A stretch of 64,000 bases of DNA from an uncultured Polyangiales bacterium. Its GTDB lineage: Bacteria; Myxococcota_A; Polyangia; Polyangiales; JADJMO01. The stretch is taken from contig CAZUZY010000003.1 of the NCBI GenBank assembly GCA_964624885.1, positions 2,891-66,890 on the forward strand, given 5' to 3'. How positions within the stretch are numbered: the first letter of the stretch is position 1; each line of letters opens with the position of its first letter. The position numbers and the translations under genes are program-made. Positions 60,523-64,000 of the stretch are shown piece after piece. The notes under the pieces are model-generated. The model made no database searches and had not been told where the DNA came from. It saw nothing but the letters and a program-made list of their open reading frames with translations.

Positions 60523-61050
60523 ATGATGGTCGCTCGCTCCACCACCGCCCCGCGCGATCCGATCTCCGTGCGCGTGCCTTCGCAGCGGCCGCGCATCTCG
60601 GTCATCATCCCCAAGCGTGAGCCGAGTCGCGACACCCGGTCGGCGAACGACGGCGCGACCACCCTCGCGCTGCACCTCGCCGCGGTGCGCGCGGAGCTCG
60701 CGCTCGACGTGGTGGTGGTGATCGACCTCGGTGGCACGACCCTCGCGGCGGTCGGCGATCCCGACGCGGCCGAGGAGCTCGCCCACTTCGCGCGTTCGCT
60801 CACCACCCTCGCCGAGCACCAGCGCGCGGAGGCCATCCGTCGCGTGGGCGTGCTCGTCGCGCCGGTGACCTCCGACGTGTGGGTCGCCGCCACCGCCGAG
60901 CGCTCGCTGCGCGACGCCGACCCCCTGGTCGCGAGGGTGCGCGAGGCCGTGCCGGACGAGCACGCGGCCGAGGACGAGGCGCTCGCGGCCTCGCTCTCTG
61001 CTGCCTTCGACGCGGACGACGACGATCCCTTCGGCGACTGGGTGGGGTGA
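60523..61050 (+). CDS. Hypothetical acidic-tailed protein
   Basis: ATG 60523 (MMVARSTTAPRD...), the tail of ORF 60463..61050. LALHLAAVRAELALDVVVVIDLGGTTLAAVGD is vaguely Roadblock/LC7-like, which is speculative. It ends DADDDDPFGDWVG. Confidence 0.5.
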   Translation: MMVARSTTAPRDPISVRVPSQRPRISVIIPKREPSRDTRSANDGATTLALHLAAVRAELALDVVVVIDLGGTTLAAVGDPDAAEELAHFARSLTTLAEHQRAEAIRRVGVLVAPVTSDVWVAATAERSLRDADPLVARVREAVPDEHAAEDEALAASLSAAFDADDDDPFGDWVG

Positions 61051-61110
61051 CGAAGAGGGGCCAGGGAAGGGTGCCTTCGACGGAGTCCCTTCGGCGACGG
61101 GGTGGGTTGA
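61002..61110 (+). repeat. Duplicated gene 3' end (49-nt copy A in CDS, 39-nt copy B downstream)
   Basis: Copy A, 61002-61050: TGCCTTCGAC-gcggacgacgacga-TCCCTTCGGCGACtGGGTGGGgTGA. Copy B, 61072-61110: TGCCTTCGAC-ggag-TCCCTTCGGCGACgGGGTGGGtTGA. Confidence 0.8.
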
Positions 61111-61158
61111 TCCACGCGGGCGGCACTCTTCCCTGAGGCGCGCTAGACTGCCCGCGAA

Positions 61159-63786
61159 ATGCGCGCACCCTGGGCCCTCCTCCTGCTCTCGTCCCTCGCG
61201 GCCTGCGCCAACGACGACCCCCTCGATCCGACCCCGGACAGCGCCGCGACCGACGGCGCGGTCGACACCGGCGACGGCGCGAGCGACAGCGCACCGGTCG
61301 ACACCTCGGTCGTCGACGCGCCGCCGCCCGGCCCGTGCATCGAGGCCACCGGCACGCCCCGCACGAGCGCCACGCTCGTCGACGGCGCCGACAGCGCGCA
61401 GGTCGCCGTCGCGGGCACGGGCTGCGCGCGCACGTTCACCCTCTCCACCACCGGCGCGCTGCGCGACGGCGTGCCCGAGAACCCGCGCGTGATCGCCGAG
61501 GACGCGAGCGGGCCGAGCCTGCACGCCCACGCGCCCCTGCTCGAGGCGCTCTACGCGCTCGCCCTCGCCGAGGCCAAGCAGGCCTCGGTCTCGTCGATCA
61601 AGGACGGCGCCTTCGACGACGGCAAGCCGGCCGCGTGCGACTGCTTCGAGACCGGGCGCCTCTGGACCTACGTCTGGACCCGCGACACCTCCTACGCCGC
61701 CGACCTCGGCCTCGCGGTGCTCGACCCGGCGCGCACGCAGCGCAGCCTCTCGTTCAAGCTCTCCGCGCTGCGCACCGGGGGCGGCACCGAGGTGGTGCAG
61801 GACACCGGCAGCGGCGGCAGCTGGCCCGTCTCCACCGACCGCGTGGTCTTCGCGCTCGGCGCCGCCCGTACCCTCGCGTTCCTCGACGGCGCGGCGCGCA
61901 CCGCGTTCCGCGACGCCGCCTACGAGGCGCTCGACAACACCCTCGTGCGCGACGACGCGGTGGTCCGCGACGCGGACGGCCTGTACCGAGGCGAGCAGTC
62001 GTTCCTCGACTGGCGCGAGCAGAGCTACCCGCCGTGGACCGCGACCGACGTCGCGCACATCGGCATGGGCAAGGCGCTCTCCACCAACGTGCTGCACCTC
62101 GTGGCGCTGCGCACCCTCGCGGCGCTGGCCGACGAGAAGGGCCTCACCGCGGCGCGCGACGCGCGGAGCGCCGCGGCCACCGCGCTCGCGACCGCCATCG
62201 CCGGCAAGTTCGTGTTGCCGGACGGCCGCCTCTCGTCGTTCACGACCACCGCCCTCGACCCGGCCCCGGTGCGCCGCACCGACGCGCTCGCGACCGCGCT
62301 GGCCGTGCTCCACGACGCCGTCGATGCGGGCAAGCAGAAGGCCGCCATCGCGGCGACCCCGCTGCTCCCCAAGGGCCCGCCGGTCATCTTCCCGCAGCAG
62401 AAGGACACGGCCATCTACCACAACCGGGCGATCTGGCCGTTCGTCACCGCCTACTTCGCGCGGGCGGCGCGCAAGGTGCGCAACGACCTCGCGGTCAACG
62501 TCGCCTACGCCTCGCTCGTGCGCGGCGCGGCGCTCAACCTCTCGCACATGGAGAACTTCGAGGCGGTGAGCGGCAAGGCCTGGGTCGACGACGGCCCGGC
62601 GTCGGGCCCGGTGGTCGACTCGCAGCGCCAGCTCTGGTCGGTCGCCGCGTTCGCCTCGCTCGTGCACGACGTGCTGTTCGGCCTCGAGACCGACGCCAAG
62701 GGAGGCACCCGCTTCTCGCCTTACGTCACCCGCGGGCTCCGCCACTCCGCGCTCGCCGACGCCGACTCGGTCGTGCTCTCCGGGCTCGCGCTCCACGGCA
62801 AGCGGCTCTCCGTGGTGGTGAAGCTGCCGAAGAAGGACGGCGACACCGCGGGCGCCTACGCGTTCGGCGACGCGCGCCTCGACGGCAAGTCCATCGGCGC
62901 CGCGTTCTTCTCGGCGGCCGACCTCACGGCCACGAGCACCCTCGAGATCGACCTCGTCGACACCAAGGAGGCGTCCTCCACGGTGAAGCTCGTCTCGTCG
63001 ACCGCCGACTACAAGAACCTGTTCGGCCCCAAGCCGCCGAGCCTCGGGGATCCGACCGCGGCGAGCGGGAAGATCGCCTTCTCGATCGACCCGAGCGGGG
63101 AGACGCCCGCCGAGATCGCCTTCACCGTCTACCGGGACGGCGTCGCCATCGCGAAGGACCTGCCCGGCACCACCACGAGCTTCACCGATCCCGACAGCGG
63201 CCCGACCAGCCCCTCGTACTGCTACACCGTCGAGGCCACGTTCGTCGGCTCGGGCAACACCTCCCAGCACGCCGCGCCACGTTGCTTCTGGGGCGCGGCG
63301 GGCGCGCGCGTGGCGTCGGTGCTCGCGCCGGCCCTGGTCGCGAGCGGCGGCACCCTGGCCACCGATCACGGGCGCGCGCACGTGTCGGGGTGGGGCGACG
63401 CGGGGCACACGCTCACCGCGTCGTTCACCGCCAAGGCGAGCGGGGCGCACCTCGTCCAGATCACCTTCGCCAACGGCGCGGGCTCCGTGAACACCGGAGT
63501 CACCTGCGCCGTGAAGCACGTGAAGGTGCTCGACGGCGCGACGGTCGTCGCCTCGGGCTACATCCTCATGCCCCACACCGGCGGCTGGGACGCTTGGCGT
63601 GACTCTTCGTTCGTCTCCGCGAGCCTCGTCGCCGGCAAGACCTACGCGGTCGTGCTCGAGTCCGACGCGATGTCGGCCAACATGTCCCGCTTCGCGCACT
63701 TCGCGCGCTACACGGGCGGGCTCGGCGGAAGCGCAGGGGCCTTCGAGCGCGTCGACATCGCGGAGATCAAGCTGCTGCAGCGCTAG
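61159..63786 (+). CDS. (alpha/alpha)6-barrel glycoside-hydrolase-like lipoprotein with C-terminal FN3/CBM-like domains
   Basis: MRAPWALLLLSSLAAC (lipobox). RLWTYVWTRDTSYAA, YRGEQSFLDW and IYHNRAIWPF recall six-hairpin glycosidases (GH15/GH63-like, recalled). The C-terminal ~270 aa are beta-sandwich-like (AFTVYRDG...YCYTVEA; ...GKTYAVVLESD). Confidence 0.75.
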   Translation: MRAPWALLLLSSLAACANDDPLDPTPDSAATDGAVDTGDGASDSAPVDTSVVDAPPPGPCIEATGTPRTSATLVDGADSAQVAVAGTGCARTFTLSTTGALRDGVPENPRVIAEDASGPSLHAHAPLLEALYALALAEAKQASVSSIKDGAFDDGKPAACDCFETGRLWTYVWTRDTSYAADLGLAVLDPARTQRSLSFKLSALRTGGGTEVVQDTGSGGSWPVSTDRVVFALGAARTLAFLDGAARTAFRDAAYEALDNTLVRDDAVVRDADGLYRGEQSFLDWREQSYPPWTATDVAHIGMGKALSTNVLHLVALRTLAALADEKGLTAARDARSAAATALATAIAGKFVLPDGRLSSFTTTALDPAPVRRTDALATALAVLHDAVDAGKQKAAIAATPLLPKGPPVIFPQQKDTAIYHNRAIWPFVTAYFARAARKVRNDLAVNVAYASLVRGAALNLSHMENFEAVSGKAWVDDGPASGPVVDSQRQLWSVAAFASLVHDVLFGLETDAKGGTRFSPYVTRGLRHSALADADSVVLSGLALHGKRLSVVVKLPKKDGDTAGAYAFGDARLDGKSIGAAFFSAADLTATSTLEIDLVDTKEASSTVKLVSSTADYKNLFGPKPPSLGDPTAASGKIAFSIDPSGETPAEIAFTVYRDGVAIAKDLPGTTTSFTDPDSGPTSPSYCYTVEATFVGSGNTSQHAAPRCFWGAAGARVASVLAPALVASGGTLATDHGRAHVSGWGDAGHTLTASFTAKASGAHLVQITFANGAGSVNTGVTCAVKHVKVLDGATVVASGYILMPHTGGWDAWRDSSFVSASLVAGKTYAVVLESDAMSANMSRFAHFARYTGGLGGSAGAFERVDIAEIKLLQR

Positions 63787-63822
63787 CGGCTTCGCGCGGG
63801 GTTCCGGTATGCTGAACCTCAC

Positions 63823-64000
63823 ATGGGGGTGGTTCTCGTCGGTCCGGAGGGCGGGCTGCTCGCGCCGTTCGTCGCGGCGTGCGCGCGGCTCGGGCTGCCG
63901 AACGTGCCGGTGCGGATGCCGCCGACGAGCCTCGACGCCAGCACCGCCATCGTCGAGATCGAGTCCGCGCCGCAGGCGCGGGAGACCCTCGGCGCGTTGC
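63823..64000 (+). CDS. Hypothetical protein, N-terminal part (3' end outside window)
   Basis: ATG 63823 gives MGVVLVGPEGGLLAPFVAACARLGLPNVPVRMPPTSLDASTAIVEIESAPQARETLGAL, open to the window edge. The alternative frames are Arg-rich. Confidence 0.4.
   Translation, partial: MGVVLVGPEGGLLAPFVAACARLGLPNVPVRMPPTSLDASTAIVEIESAPQARETLGAL

Noticed and set aside
1-64000. Search for tRNA, rRNA, tmRNA, riboswitch leaders, transposases, integrases, phage genes, CRISPR-cas, and canonical defence or secretion gene sets.
   Set aside because: I saw no GTTCGAATC-type T-arm or cloverleaf in any intergenic gap. No DDE, tyrosine or serine recombinase motifs appeared in any frame, and no ATPase-rich defence architecture was present. 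This is a by-eye scan only. tRNAscan-SE, Infernal/Rfam, ISEScan, DefenseFinder and PADLOC should be run to confirm.

Overview
This is 64 kb of very GC-rich bacterial chromosome, gene-dense on both strands. Hand-counted 60-nt samples of typical genes gave 40/60 and 45/60 G+C. Several markers point to Myxococcota, all recalled from memory rather than searched: a MYXO-CTERM-like tail on a matrixin protease, a CGDG..CDDGN 'myxococcus cysteine-rich repeat', two TIGR02996-type repeat-companion domains, many lipobox lipoproteins and eukaryote-like Ser/Thr kinases. I call about 60 protein genes. Most long ORFs in the six-frame track are Arg/Ala/Pro-rich antisense shadows typical of high-GC DNA and were discarded.

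Recognisable housekeeping-type genes:
- Ser/Thr kinase
- Ski2-like DEAD/DEAH helicase
- M19 dipeptidase
- metallophosphoesterase
- prephenate dehydrogenase/chorismate mutase fusion
- prolyl oligopeptidase
- DsbA-like protein
- DUF1223 protein
- OmpA/TSP3 lipoprotein
- (alpha/alpha)6-type glycosidase

Accessory content:
- vapBC pair
- SMI1/KNR4 protein
- Uma2 endonuclease
- LRR proteins
- a small-protein/nucleotidyltransferase pair
- orphan genes of atypically low GC
- several gene relics

I recognised no rRNA, tRNA, CRISPR array, transposase or integrase.

No canonical defence or secretion system is evident, and none of the items below is proven. The most system-like unexplained items are:
1. 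A 4-nt-overlapping small helical protein plus minimal nucleotidyltransferase pair (50385-51172), with an orphan paralog of the small gene at 57097-57342.
2. A divergent kinase / SPFH-Tudor fusion / helicase cluster (10500-15475).
3. A duplicated 53-nt element that encodes the signal peptide of a small ORF translationally coupled to an LRR protein (39437-40816).
4. A low-GC orphan gene (8461-9468) next to an AT-rich 13-bp perfect palindrome whose half-site recurs upstream of other genes.

Two genes carry in-frame stop codons (TAG 1454-1456, TGA 31851-31853) with coding-like sequence continuing downstream.
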